DNA of 64,000 nucleotides from Phallusia mammillata (taxonomy: Eukaryota). Below the pieces are notes generated by a model. It had not been told where the DNA came from, ran no database searches, and was given only the letters and a program-made list of their open reading frames with translations. Below, piece after piece: positions 23,801 through 35,520 of the stretch. The first letter of the stretch is position 1. Every line of letters begins with the position of its first letter. The stretch covers positions 2,666,001 through 2,730,000 of the forward strand of contig OZ281495.1 in the NCBI GenBank assembly GCA_965637545.1, written 5' to 3'. A program made the position numbers and the translations under genes.

Positions 23801-26458
23801 AACAACAAAGTCATAGTTTCTACAATAGCCCGAACATGGATGTTTGTAAAGCCGTCAATGAAAATTTATTTGCAACAAGCCACAACCAGTTTAATGGAAA
23901 ATTAATATTTATCTAGTTCTAAACACCGAGTCAATGGACTCAAATAAGGAAAATCAACTGTAGAGTTTGTGTGTGCCAGGTCTACCCCACGGCGTGCAAA
24001 ATATGTTTTTCTTCAATCTGGTTTCATAAGTACACATTTTTTATTGCGTACCATAATGGTGAATGTGAGATTTTTAGTTCCATCCACTTCAGATGACAAT
24101 AAGGAACGTTCTGATGCACCAACAAGGGGCGCACAAGGGTCATCATAATTTTAACGATTTGTTTGCATTGGATGAATGATTTTTCTAAAATACTATTTTA
24201 TTCTTAATCTATGTTTTTTAGATCCGTTTAGAGACGGTGACGAGAAAAGACTAATGCCACCACGTGAGGAATTCGCTCATTCCAGCAGCACGTCACCACA
24301 GCAACCTGCAGGTAAACCAACAAACAGTTGCTAAGAGTTGCAAATGCACCTTTTCAAAACAAAAGAAAAAAGTACAATCACCAACAGAAATATTGTCTAT
24401 ATGTCGTCAAAGAAATATTTATCGTTTAAAATTCTATTTTTCTGTAGATCCTATCAGACAAAATTCCAAGAAACGCTCGACAACATTCTTACAAAAGATA
24501 TTCCCCCGTTTTGGCAAAACATCACCAAAGCAACCTGTAGGTAAAGTGGATTTGATCTTGTGTAGCCTACTGGCATCCAAAAGCTGCAAATATAACGTTT
24601 TTTGTTGTCCGTATTTTTTTCCGAACTTAACAGCCAACCAGTTTTGGTATGGGAGCTTATCCTGTTAACGGTTATGTTTTAACGAGTAAAAAAGCGTTTC
24701 CGAATTTGTAAACGGTCAATTGTCAATTTACCATTTTTTTAGATCGTATCAGTCACGACAGAAACTTTAGATCTTGCAAACACTAATTTAACTTTGTTTA
24801 AACCTTACCGTTGTTAATGATGCCGATTGCAGCACCTTTTTTGCTGTCAATCAAAAATTAAATCGAAATTGTCGTAATAAACTTCGTGAATCCTATAATA
24901 TGAGTTTGACGTCATAAATTTGTTTTTATTTATTTTCGTCACAAAACATGAAGCAGTGGAACTTTTAGGTGCAGCGGGCGTGAAACAGCAAAAATGTTTC
25001 CAACGAAATTCGAAATTTTGTCAGAGCGTTCTTAAAAATTATTGATTAAAGACGGGCCTACGTGATATCAATGAGTGGGTTAAAGCAAAATTGTTAACAT
25101 ATTGGAGAAGAGATGTTACGCCCAAAAGTGTGATTTAGCCTACGTCTGTTTATATCTTATCTTAAATTATCCAAAAATTAAACCACTAATTTTGCCTAAA
25201 TGCAACTATTTTCCAAAGTAACTATAGGGTATTTTGATCCATAAATTGTTTTAAACTTACACCACGTTAGAATTTTATCATTGGGAAATAATATATTCGT
25301 ATTATTCCTGATACTAGGCCTGCTTTTAAAACAACAAAATTCCTGTTTGTATCTTAGAATGTGACAAACATGTCAATAGCTCTGGCTCTAGTGGGAGACA
25401 AAACTGACAAGCTGATTTCGTACAAAAAATAATTTTGTTTAAACTTTTTTACTAAATTGGAGACAAAATGTCACACTGCAAAAAACCAAATATTTAGCAT
25501 TATGTCGTCAAAACCTTGTTATTATGTCAGGGTTATTTAAAAGTTAAATTTAAAATTTTTTGGTATTTAACACTAAAACACATTTATTACTATAAAATGG
25601 CTTTACATGAACCGGTGTCAAATTACGATCAGTTTTTTTTTTTTGTTTTTTATTTCTTGAAACTAAAATAAAAACATCTTTTTTTATTTCCCTGCAGACC
25701 AAACCGACGAATTCAATCAACGCATTCAAAATTATGTTGATTTATTAAAAACAAAAAAACTCGACGATGCAAAAACGACAAAACAACAACTTTTATGGTC
25801 AATCACAGGTCAACCGGGAGCCACTGCAGAAAATCTGGAAGAAAAAGCCACGAAATTTAGAAATAAAGGCCAATATTTGGAAACCATTTTGGTTTTTAGT
25901 ATTGCCGCAGATTTCTATGTGAAGAAATTTTCCGACTTTACTGTAGCGAAAAGTGTAGTTGTGTGTGCGCTGGAAATTCGAGAAACAATCAAACTTTTGA
26001 TGAAAACTTCTGATTCATCTTCGAAGCCGAGAAACACAGAAATTGTGCGTGTTCACGTGATCCCACTGATGCGTAAAATGACTCAGCAAATCCGCGACCT
26101 TCAAATAAACGAAAAAATTCGATGTTATTGTGAGGTTCGGTGTTTGCATAACATTGAACTGAGTCAATATTACATCGGGGATTTATCATCGAGGGAAACA
26201 ACTATAAAACTTGGACTTGAATTTATGGAAACAAAGTTCGGGGATGAAAGTTCAAAGTATTCTATCTACGGCTCTTTGTTGAACAATCTTGGTGATGCTT
26301 TTGAGAAAACTTTACGATTAAACGAAGCAATCGAATATTACACAAAAGCAATCGAAGTTTACAAAACAGCGGAGGATTTAACTGAGGAACAGCGAGGAGA
26401 ATATATTGCGACAAGTGAGGTTGGTTTGCAAGAAACCAAAGCAAAGTTGAACAAGTGA
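20851..26458 (+). CDS. U1: RIPK-like Ser/Thr kinase + repetitive linker + TPR domain, 10 coding exons, 810 aa
   Basis: Exons 20851-20868 (MTSTNE), 21291-21463, 21535-22400, 22595-22717, 22848-22940, 23441-23566, 23704-23793, 24222-24311, 24448-24540, 25698-26458. All introns GT-AG with compatible phases; total 2433 nt, no internal stop. Motifs GSGGFGDV, VAIK, EEMEHL, IHQDLKPGNIL, ADFG, YTAPE, CWDQDP.KRP. Confidence 0.85.
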
Positions 26459-26879
26459 TTAACGTTGCTACAAAACAACTAAAGTGTTTGTCTGTGATAA
26501 AATTATTGCGAAACAAATTGATACCGTAAATTAATTTTATGTTTAATATTATGCTTTTTTGTGCAAAATTGCTTTATATTAGTGACGATTTTTTGTACTA
26601 ATGTAAAAATTATACTTACTTTTCAAAAAATTGATGAAAAATGTTTTGGGGAGATATTTTACTTTATAGAATATAGCAGCTTGAGAATATAAGTTTTGTA
26701 AGTATGTTTACGGCACACAGATCACATATAATGAGGAAGCGCAAAACATGTTTTTACATCACAGCAGGTATGATTAAACCCAACCTGAAGTTTTTGCATA
26801 ACCCTTTCTATCTGTCGCTCAATTTCGGCTTAAATGATTCCAAGTGTTTCAATTTGTTTTTATCGCTGTGGACCAAAAG

Positions 26880-27345
26880 TGGTGATATACCGAATCGGCT
26901 AAAATTTCGATTCGTCCGAAACCGAATATTCGGCTAATCATTTATGACGTCACGCGCAGTCGTCAGTACGCGTTTGTCATGAAAACATAAGTTCATCTAC
27001 CAGGCAATTAGTGCAAAATGGTTGCATTTTTTCATCATTTTACTTCTGTTGGGTGTAAAATTGCCTCAAGCATGATTACTAACCTGGCAAAGAATTACTG
27101 ATTTTTTGTCTACACTAGGAAAAACGAAAATGTGTTAAAAACTAGAAAAGTTTTCGTTATGGTGTAGTTTGAAAGATTGCGTGGTACCTTACTGAGCAGA
27201 AAAGACACGTTCAGCGATTTAAATGTAAGTTCGCGATTCGGTTTCGGCCCAATCGCAACGAATTATTCGGCCGAAACTGAATCTTTGCAAAAATGGCCGA
27301 TTCGGCAGAATACATCCGGCAAACCGAATGTTCGGTACATCTCAA
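26880..27345. mobile_element. hAT-like MITE, 466 bp (older)
   Basis: Imperfect TIR TGGTGATATACCGAA / TTGAGATGTACCGAA. TSD ACCAAAAG (26872-26879) vs ATCAAAAG (27346-27353). Absent from the paralogous site near 47485. Confidence 0.65.
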
Positions 27346-29239
27346 ATCAAAAGGTACTGATCACTGTGTCATGCGAAATGAAACACATGACAAACAACAT
27401 TGGAACATTCCAGCAAACAATACATTAACCACTAAAGTGTTCCCGGGCTGACATCTGGCGGACAACAGCTAAATGTCTGATTGCAAAGCAAGTCGCCATA
27501 TGGGGTTGCGATGCCCTTACGGGTGAAATATATATCGTTAAATAACATTTGTTGACTAATTTTGATTAGAAAGCGCTGTTGCTTCATCAATTATTCTTAC
27601 AGATGATTCACTATTTAATCCGTGATCGTCGACAGAAGATGCCTACTATTTACGGGAAAGATTCTGTAATAAACACTAAATGCCATTTTACATTAAATAA
27701 ACCAAGTAATATACTTTTAAATATTGATAAAGCGATTCATGGCACGAAACAGAAAACTTTCGACTCTATTAAAAAATATCCAAGTAAATATTTAGGCACC
27801 CAAGCAGAAAAAACTCTCTGACCAAATGTTCCCACGTCCCCGGAAGTGTTGCTAACAACAACCATTGATTTCCCAGTTGCCAGTTGTATGAGTAAATTTT
27901 TGTTTGTTAACAAATCCTAAAAAGGCTAATTGTTTGAACATTAGGTTAGCTTAATTTATGTCTATTTTACAGTGCACAGAACAAGCATTTTTACAGCCTA
28001 CTTTATAACAGGCAATCGATGCGAACTAATAAAGCGTACGAAAGTGCTGACGGTAATAGGGCTAACAACATTGTAGCGAGGTGTTTGTTCGAGATACATG
28101 AAAATAGATGAACACAACGTACGAATACGTAGCATAAGACGAGAGTAAAAGAAAGAAAGCAATCTGTCCGGTTCGCTGTAGGATGCGAGACACGATAATC
28201 GTAGCGAGAGAAACAAAATGTTTACCGAGTTCACTCATTTCCTCACGTTTTGTTGTCGTACAATATCCCCAAGCTGTAGATGAAATATTGAACCTGATTT
28301 TGTTAAAGCTAAATGTGTAAGTTACTGATGTAATATTGCAATACAAAACCCAGTATAACATGCGTTTTTTGTTGTAAATTTGGTGATTTGTTTTGTTTAT
28401 TCCTCCTTTTGTTCTTTAAATAGGCTACCTATAACAGGAAAAGTGCATTTGGCTTAGCGATGGCATTTCTTGTGTAAAAGATTAGGCGTTTTTGCATGTT
28501 GCCTAGGATTTCGCTTAACTGTACTTGCACCGGTTATTATCTGGAATCTTACGCACATTAGTTTGATGGAAAGTCAATATTTGTTAAGCGCCAACTGACA
28601 CTTCAAACAAAACCAATAGGCAACGGGACACAAGGTTAGCAAATACCCTCTGTGTGGTAATGATAATTTCTCACGAAAAAATAAACTAAATAAGTTATAG
28701 TCATTCTCGGTATTGAATAGTTTTGTTTTGATCGTTTTAGTTTCCTTAGAACCTGGTTTCATAAATTGTCAGTGCCGAATAAAGATAAGAGTCTTAATGA
28801 ATTTAAGTAACAGATGAGTTATATCGGATATGAGTATAGCAAATGGTGTATGAGGTATACTGATTAAATAAGAAGTAGAATATACAAGTTAGCAATATAT
28901 AGAAAATGGGCCTTTCTAGTTAGTCATTGTGTTTACCGTACCTTGAAGTTTAAGCTAACCCTCTGTGCTAAGAGCGTGACTTTCGCTGCTCAGCCGTTGA
29001 ATATCAACTGATGACGTCACTTCTCACGTGACCGTATCAGGTAACCCCAACAAGAACTCGACTCGCCAGCCGATTTGTGTGATCAGTGTAGCGTAAAGTT
29101 GTAGCAGCTCAATGAAAATTAGGCTTCTGTTGTTAATTTGAAGGAGCGCTAATATTTGTTTAATTCCCGCTGATATCAGCTGTTTTCACAGCAACAGGTT
29201 GTCAGGCTGAATTTTGTGTAAAACTTTAATGATGTTACG

Positions 29240-32200
29240 ATGGCTACAACGAAACAAGTAAAAGAGAAACCTTACGAGTTTAGTCGTTTTAGTTGCAAAG
29301 TTATTTGATTAACTTGACATCATTGTAACCTCAAATTCGTGGCCGGTTTAGGAGGTTTCGTGGATGTTTAATTGAAGACCAGAACAAGTAAAAATACCAG
29401 ATCGAGTTTAAGCAGGACCACTAAGCTAATTTCAATCTTTGACGAATTTAACTCAAATAGATTTGATTAACCGCAAGTAAGCGAAAATTAACCGGTTACT
29501 ATGAACAGATCGCCACCCAGAACCAAGAGATTTCAAGGTAAAATAACAAAAAAAAATGTTTTCTTGTAAATAGATTAACTTTAAGTAGAAATAGATTACA
29601 GCACTTGTATACAGGATCAATTGAACTGTAAGAACATACAGTTGTCCTAATAAAGGTTAAATTTATTAAACGTATCTGTATTGAAATCGAGGGTGGCTGA
29701 TAAGGTGACCTTAGGGTCTTTCGCCACTCTGCCGCTAAAACAGCACAAAAATAAACTTACTATTTTTCCTAAGAAACTGCAACAACATTACGAACTTAAA
29801 CTAACTTAAAATGGTTTTAGGAAAACTGAGGCAGAAGACGGACTGTTTTTGTAATTATTATGCCAAAATTAAAATTTGTTCAGATCCCATTACACATGAT
29901 GCGGAGAAACGCTTTACCGCATCACTGCAACAATTAACCGCCCGTTTCAACAGCAAATCACCACAGCAAACCACAGGTAAACTAGCCACACAGCAACAGC
30001 GGACTTTTTTTAGATCATAACGCATTCAGACGTTGCTCGCCCGCTGAGGAAGAAATAAAACAAACATTCAAACAATTAAATGACAAATATAAGTTAGTCC
30101 GCTTTATATTGGAAATTGTGACTGAATTATTACCTCTCATCACACGTTGCGGATCTGTAAAGTATATTGTAAAACAAAATTAAAATCGTTGTTGTAAATT
30201 AGAAAATAAGGTTAAAACAGCAACCGTGCTCTGCAAGTTTGATAAGAAGTCAATGTTAGCTGCACCAAGTTTTCAAAAACAACCAGTATTTTTGTCTTGC
30301 ACTACACCAGTATAATTACAAGTATGTTAAATAGTGGAATTTTTTTGTTCAGTATTAGCGGTTTGTTCAGTATTAGCGGCAACGCCAGCAACTAACACCT
30401 CAACAATTTTAATTCGTAACGATGAAACATTTGGGTAGTGGCAATTAAAAATAGATTTTTAAGAATTAGGTTATGATAACTGAAAATAATTCTAGTGCAA
30501 TCAGCCTACGCGACGGGCAACAAAACCCGCGTTAAAACCCTCAGAGTCAGCTAGGGATAAAACGAAACCATCGACTGACCCTATGTGCAGAACGGTACCT
30601 GGCACATCTGCATGAGTTGTGTTGCTGCTTGCACGGATGACTGAGTTTTTCATGTTTTTCAGGAGATCTTCATAGATCCAATCAAACATCTAATAATCAA
30701 AGCCAACCAAAAACAAAAACCAAACCTTCCTTGCCCCCGAAACCCTCACTTTTAAACCAGAGCCTGAGCCCCATTAGTTCCTCGGCCCCGACTAAACGCC
30801 AAGTTTACACCAATAATGGAAAGCAGATTTTTCATTTGATCAATTTGCGAATAGAGTTGTTACAAGCAACCTCTAGTTTCCCTGTGAGCAGTAAGCAAGG
30901 TGAAAGTGTCACTTCATTGCCTAAAGGTATTTTGTTTCTGTGTAACTTAATGTAACGTTGTCTATACAGACAAATTCTTTTAAGAACGATATATTAACGC
31001 CGCACTCAGATGTTTATGCTAGGCAACATTATACTTAATTACACAGATTTAACTCACAGTTACTTAAACTGATTTGTCATTTCCAAAGCATGTAAATAAG
31101 CTCGGATGCCGATAAAAATTCCAGCCAAGCAGGCTTTGTTTGTGCATCCAAATAGCATGTGTATTTGAAAGCCCTCCACAATTGGTGGCACCATAAATCA
31201 ATCAAGTAAACCATTAGATGCCACATAAGAGTGATAACTCCCACCACCAGTAAAACACGGTACTCGGATATGAAATACATTAGTAGGTTAAAATTTGTAG
31301 TTGTTTTGTACATGTGTTTTAAAAGTAAAGTAATTTCGAAATTATCTTTATTTAGATTCAACCAGTAAAGGTGGCGAAAAACGCCCCCCACGAGAGGAAA
31401 TTGACCATTCCAGGAGTACATCACCACTGCAACCTGCTGGTAAGTTTATTTTTTGCCAATTAAATCACAAATTTATGTTATTTATTAGAAGTTGAAAATA
31501 AATTACGATATTATGTTCTATCACAGGCTTTGGAGCTACAAAGCATTTTTTTAAAGCAAATTTAAAATCATTGTTATAATCGTGTCACGGAAAGTTTGTT
31601 ATTGGACCGCAACCTGTTATAAGATAAATTTGTAACTTTGAATTCGTAGTTATCGGGAAAGCTTAAAGCTACATTAAGATTTTCAGATTTTTGGGTAAAG
31701 TAATTAATTTAGTGTCATTTATGTTTAGATCCAATCGTCACCAAGAAGCGTTCCATCACATCACTACAACAGTTTATCGCTCGTTTCGACAGTACATCAC
31801 CACAGCAACCTGCAGATAAACCAATTACAAAGCAGCACGTTGCGAAAAGTAATAATTCGTCTGTTAACTTTAAAGCGTTTGACCTTGCAAACCCAAAGCT
31901 TCGGTTATCAACTATACTTTAATGGAAGTCCAACGGTTCTTAAATTGTTCAAAATTAATAAAGCATAAGTATGTTGTAAGTAGGCATAACAACGCCTTGT
32001 CTCTGTCAATCAATTCAATACTTGCAGCGGATTTGCCTAATAGACTTAATAGTATCAGGAAACTAATTTTACTCTTAAGCTGAAAATTCTAAGTACTTGG
32101 TTTGGCGAAATAACATTTAACACCACGCGTTGCTTAACTGCAAATCGTACACTGCTGGTGGAAAGTCAACATTTTTCCAACGAAACCTAAAACCATTTCA

Positions 32201-33569
32201 CTCGGTAACGGGACAGTTTAGCTGAATGCATTTTGTCATTATACAAGAAAAATTAACAGTGCATTGACTTTTATCAAACTTATTGTCTTGTGAACCAACA
32301 ATTTTTTTAGTGCCCTCCACATCAGGTGAGAAACAATCCACTAAGCCAACAAAAGGCGCACGTAAGCTCGTAAAGACACGAGAGGAATTTCCCACCTTCA
32401 AAACACAACAACAGCAACCTGGTATAAGATGTATTGAAACGTTGGAAAGTAGTTATCGTTTAAAATATATAACTGGCAACGCTAAAAAATCAGTGTTTTT
32501 AAACAACATTTTTGAACGAAACATTTGATCAAAATTAATATTTGTTTAGATCCAATCGAACACGATGACGAGGTACGCTCCATCGCATCATTAAAACTAA
32601 TTGCCAGTTTCAGTAGCACATCTCCACAGCAACCCACAGGTAAACTAATCACAAAGCGACGCGGTATAAAAAGTATTACCTCGTCTACTGACTTTTAAGT
32701 GCTTGACCTTGTAAACAGAATATTTGTATTAGTATTTTCTTGACACCTGCAATGCAGTTAAAACAGCACTCTCATTTTTCTCAGATGGAAATGTCGACTT
32801 CAACCAACGCATACACAGTTATTTTGAGTTATTAATATCTGGAAACGCTGGAAAAGCAGAAAAGATTAAAAAACAACTTTTAAAATCAATCGAAGGACTA
32901 CCAGGGCTCACCGCGGATAACTTAATCAGAAAAGCTAAAAAACTTCGATATGACGGCAAATATTTGAAAGCCATTTTGTTTTTTCGCATTGCCGCAGATT
33001 TCTATGCGAAGAAAAATCCTCACCTTACTGTAGCGAGAAGTGTAACTGTCCGTGCATTTGAAATTCGAGATACAATAGAACTTCTGATGGAAAAATCTGA
33101 TTCAACTTTTAAGTCAAAAAACAAAAAAATTGTGCGCAATCACGTGATTCCACTGATGCACGACATGACTCGGCAAATAAGCGATCTTCTAATTAACCAA
33201 AAAATTCGATGCGAATGGGAGGTTCGCTGTTTGGGTTGTATTGCCTGGAGTCAATATTACATCAGGGATTGGACATCGAGCGAAACAACAATAAAACGTG
33301 GACTTGAACTTATGGAAACAAAATTTGGCAATGAATGTTCGAAGTATCGAATCTATGGTACCTTGTTGAACTATCTTGGTTTTGTTTGCGAGGAAACTTC
33401 ACGACTCGAAGAAGCAGACGCAAATTACACAAAAGCAATCGAAGTTTATAGATCAGTGAGAGATTTAACCGAGGAAGATAAAGAAGAAAGAATTGCAAAA
33501 GGTGAAAGGTATTTAAAATCCAACAAAGCAAAGTTGGACAAAATTACAAATTTGCTGCAAAAACAGTGA
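29240..33569 (+). CDS. U2: kinase-deleted paralog; putative linker+TPR protein (~399 aa from ATG 29501) or pseudogene
   Basis: Exon-1 homologue ATGGCTACAACGAAACAA|GT (29240-29257). Decayed exon-2 relic ~29310-29390 abutting the decayed end of exon 3 (~29405-29537, donor kept). Open phase-1 exons 29884-29976, 31356-31439, 32311-32421, 32550-32639 and TPR exon 32785-33569. 29501-29537 plus these exons = 1200 nt in frame. Confidence 0.6.
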
Positions 33570-34159
33570 AAGTTTTGGTTCGTAACAAAGCTTTTGTGAA
33601 ACAAATTCACATTTATGTGTGTAAATAATTTCATGTTTGATTTTTTCACATTAGAAGCTCGTATATTTTCACATTTGTCAAGAATTTCCATCATGGATCC
33701 TGCATTTAATATTTACACCAATAGGGGAACAAGAGATTTATAGAACAACTGTCCCATGCATGCAAAAATGTAGATTTAATGCTATACAAATGGTTCTAAG
33801 TGATTTTTGTGGAAAATTTTATCCTACTTTATCCTCATATTTGTGGAAAATTTTATCCCAATTTTAGTTTGGTCGTTATTCAAATCTATAGTTCCCCCCT
33901 TCAAATTCAGCTTGCTAAAATATCGTTTACATTAACATTTCAATGTAATTCTTAGAACAGAAATTCTCTCGATTATAACTTCTATACTAGTCTATAGCCT
34001 TTAATATTCCTGTGTGTACCTCTTTGTACTACATATTCAGTGTGAATTATTATTTTTAGCTCATGCATGATAATTGCAGCAATAACACATAGCACGAACT
34101 ACCAGTAAGAGATTGATATTGTAACACAAATTCCCCCTCTACAAATTACAAAATTCCTC

Positions 34160-35520
34160 TCTAGTGGGGAATCCCCTCGCCTGGTTGAGAACCACAAGCA
34201 TGAGAATTGTAAAACCATTACATAGCAAAACTTTTGCCAGTTTTGGCCTGTCCCTAACCTTTCGAAAGATATGCACAGCTGCACCTGGAAAAGAATTGGA
34301 GTTCCTCGACGTTCTCCATGTTACGTCCGACACCACCGCAACAGGTTTTACAACTAAAGATTACGTTAAACCTACGGCTGTATCCCGTCGTTTTTTAAAT
34401 GGATTTTCGCACCATCCTCCTTGCCTATTCAAATCAATTGTTTTTTCGGAAGCAGTACGCATGCGCCGCCTGAATGAAAATGATGCCGACTTCATCCACA
34501 GCCTTAAGAGGTTGCAGCCAAAATGTATACTTTCTTGCTTTCCTAAGAAAATGACTTCGGACATAATCACACTAGCTTCCACCTGGAAACAACGGTTTGG
34601 ACCTAATACTATGCCGCAGGAGCCACACAAAAGAGTTGTCTGGGCTACAAATTTTCCACGCATCCTTCACCTGACAGGCAAAGAAAAAGCGCTGAAACCC
34701 GGGGCTTGCATTACGTTCAAACGTCCCAAAACACTGGGCGCAATACTATCAAAAAAGCACGTACTGGATATGTCGAGTCAACAGGCTGGTGGATATTCAC
34801 GACCATGCGGCAAATGCGCATTGTGTGGTTGTAGAAAGGGGTTCAAAGCTATGGTTCCTTCCGTTTCCTATGTCACCACCCCTTCCAACCACTCTATTCC
34901 TCTAAGGCAACAACTGACATGCAAAAATTATGGCATATACGTGGCCACCTGCACCACATGCAAAGAACAATACGTGGGGCAAACGAAAAACCGTTTGAGC
35001 ACAAGATGGAACGCACACAGATCAACGTGGCGAACAGGGGACGTAACAGACAGCAAGAGCAAACAAACCGGACATATCAAGTTGGTTTTCGGTAATATTT
35101 GTTGAAGAGCCGCCTATGAGCCGGTTAGATATTTGTGAGGACAAATGGTTGAACGACCTAAAGGCGACCATAAACATACAACCAATGATTTTGCCACAGG
35201 TAAAATAATCAGCTTTCTGACACCTTGTACGCACGACCCCTTATCACTTAATGACGTCATCACCTTCTTACATGTGTTAGTTTTTTCGTTTGCTACCGGC
35301 CCCTTTATTGCCACCCCCCATTTTAGCAGTCAGTCAGCTTTGGTGTTATTTGCAGACCTTCTCCATTGTTTTTCATCGCTTTGGTCTGAATTTGCGGCTG
35401 TTACTTGCTTAGTATTTTACCGTTTTAGCTTTTATGTGTTTTTATCGTTCTTTTCTTTTTAGACGGAAACTGACGATGCCAAAATAGGCGAAATTAATAT
35501 TTCTGTTTTTCAAAAATAAA
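34160..35520 (+). mobile_element. 5'-truncated Penelope-like element (RT C-terminus + GIY-YIG), frameshifted
   Basis: FLDV..GFTTKDYVKPTA..FLNGFSHHP..KSIVFSEAVRMRRL; CGKCALC linker; GIYVATCTTCKEQYVGQT..RWNAH. After a frameshift near 35080: FVEEPP..LDICEDKWL..INIQPMILPQVK*. AATAAA at ~35515. Confidence 0.92.
35461..35508 (+). ncRNA. Minimal type I hammerhead ribozyme in the PLE 3' repeat
   Basis: AGACGGAAA CUGACGA U GCC AAAAUA GGC GAAA UUAAU A UUUCUGUUU. Stem I 9 bp (2 G-U), core CUGANGA/GAAA, stem II GCC/GGC, palindromic helix III AUUAAU, predicted cleavage after A35499 (AUA). Confidence 0.8.

Noticed and set aside
24078-24148. Type-A linker exon start (VPSTSDDNKERS...) in U1
   Set aside because: Truncated, with an in-frame stop and no phase-1 donor; excluded from the gene model as a dead cassette.
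22595-24540. Regularly recurring repeats as a CRISPR-like or satellite array
   Set aside because: The repeats are spliceable, in-frame exons flanked by GT-AG introns in a eukaryotic gene, with no constant-repeat/unique-spacer structure.
30501-30720. Minus-strand ORF (MFDWIYEDLLKNMKNS...) in a U2 intron, vaguely like a LINE ORF1 start
   Set aside because: 62 aa, no diagnostic motif or TSD; cannot be assigned.
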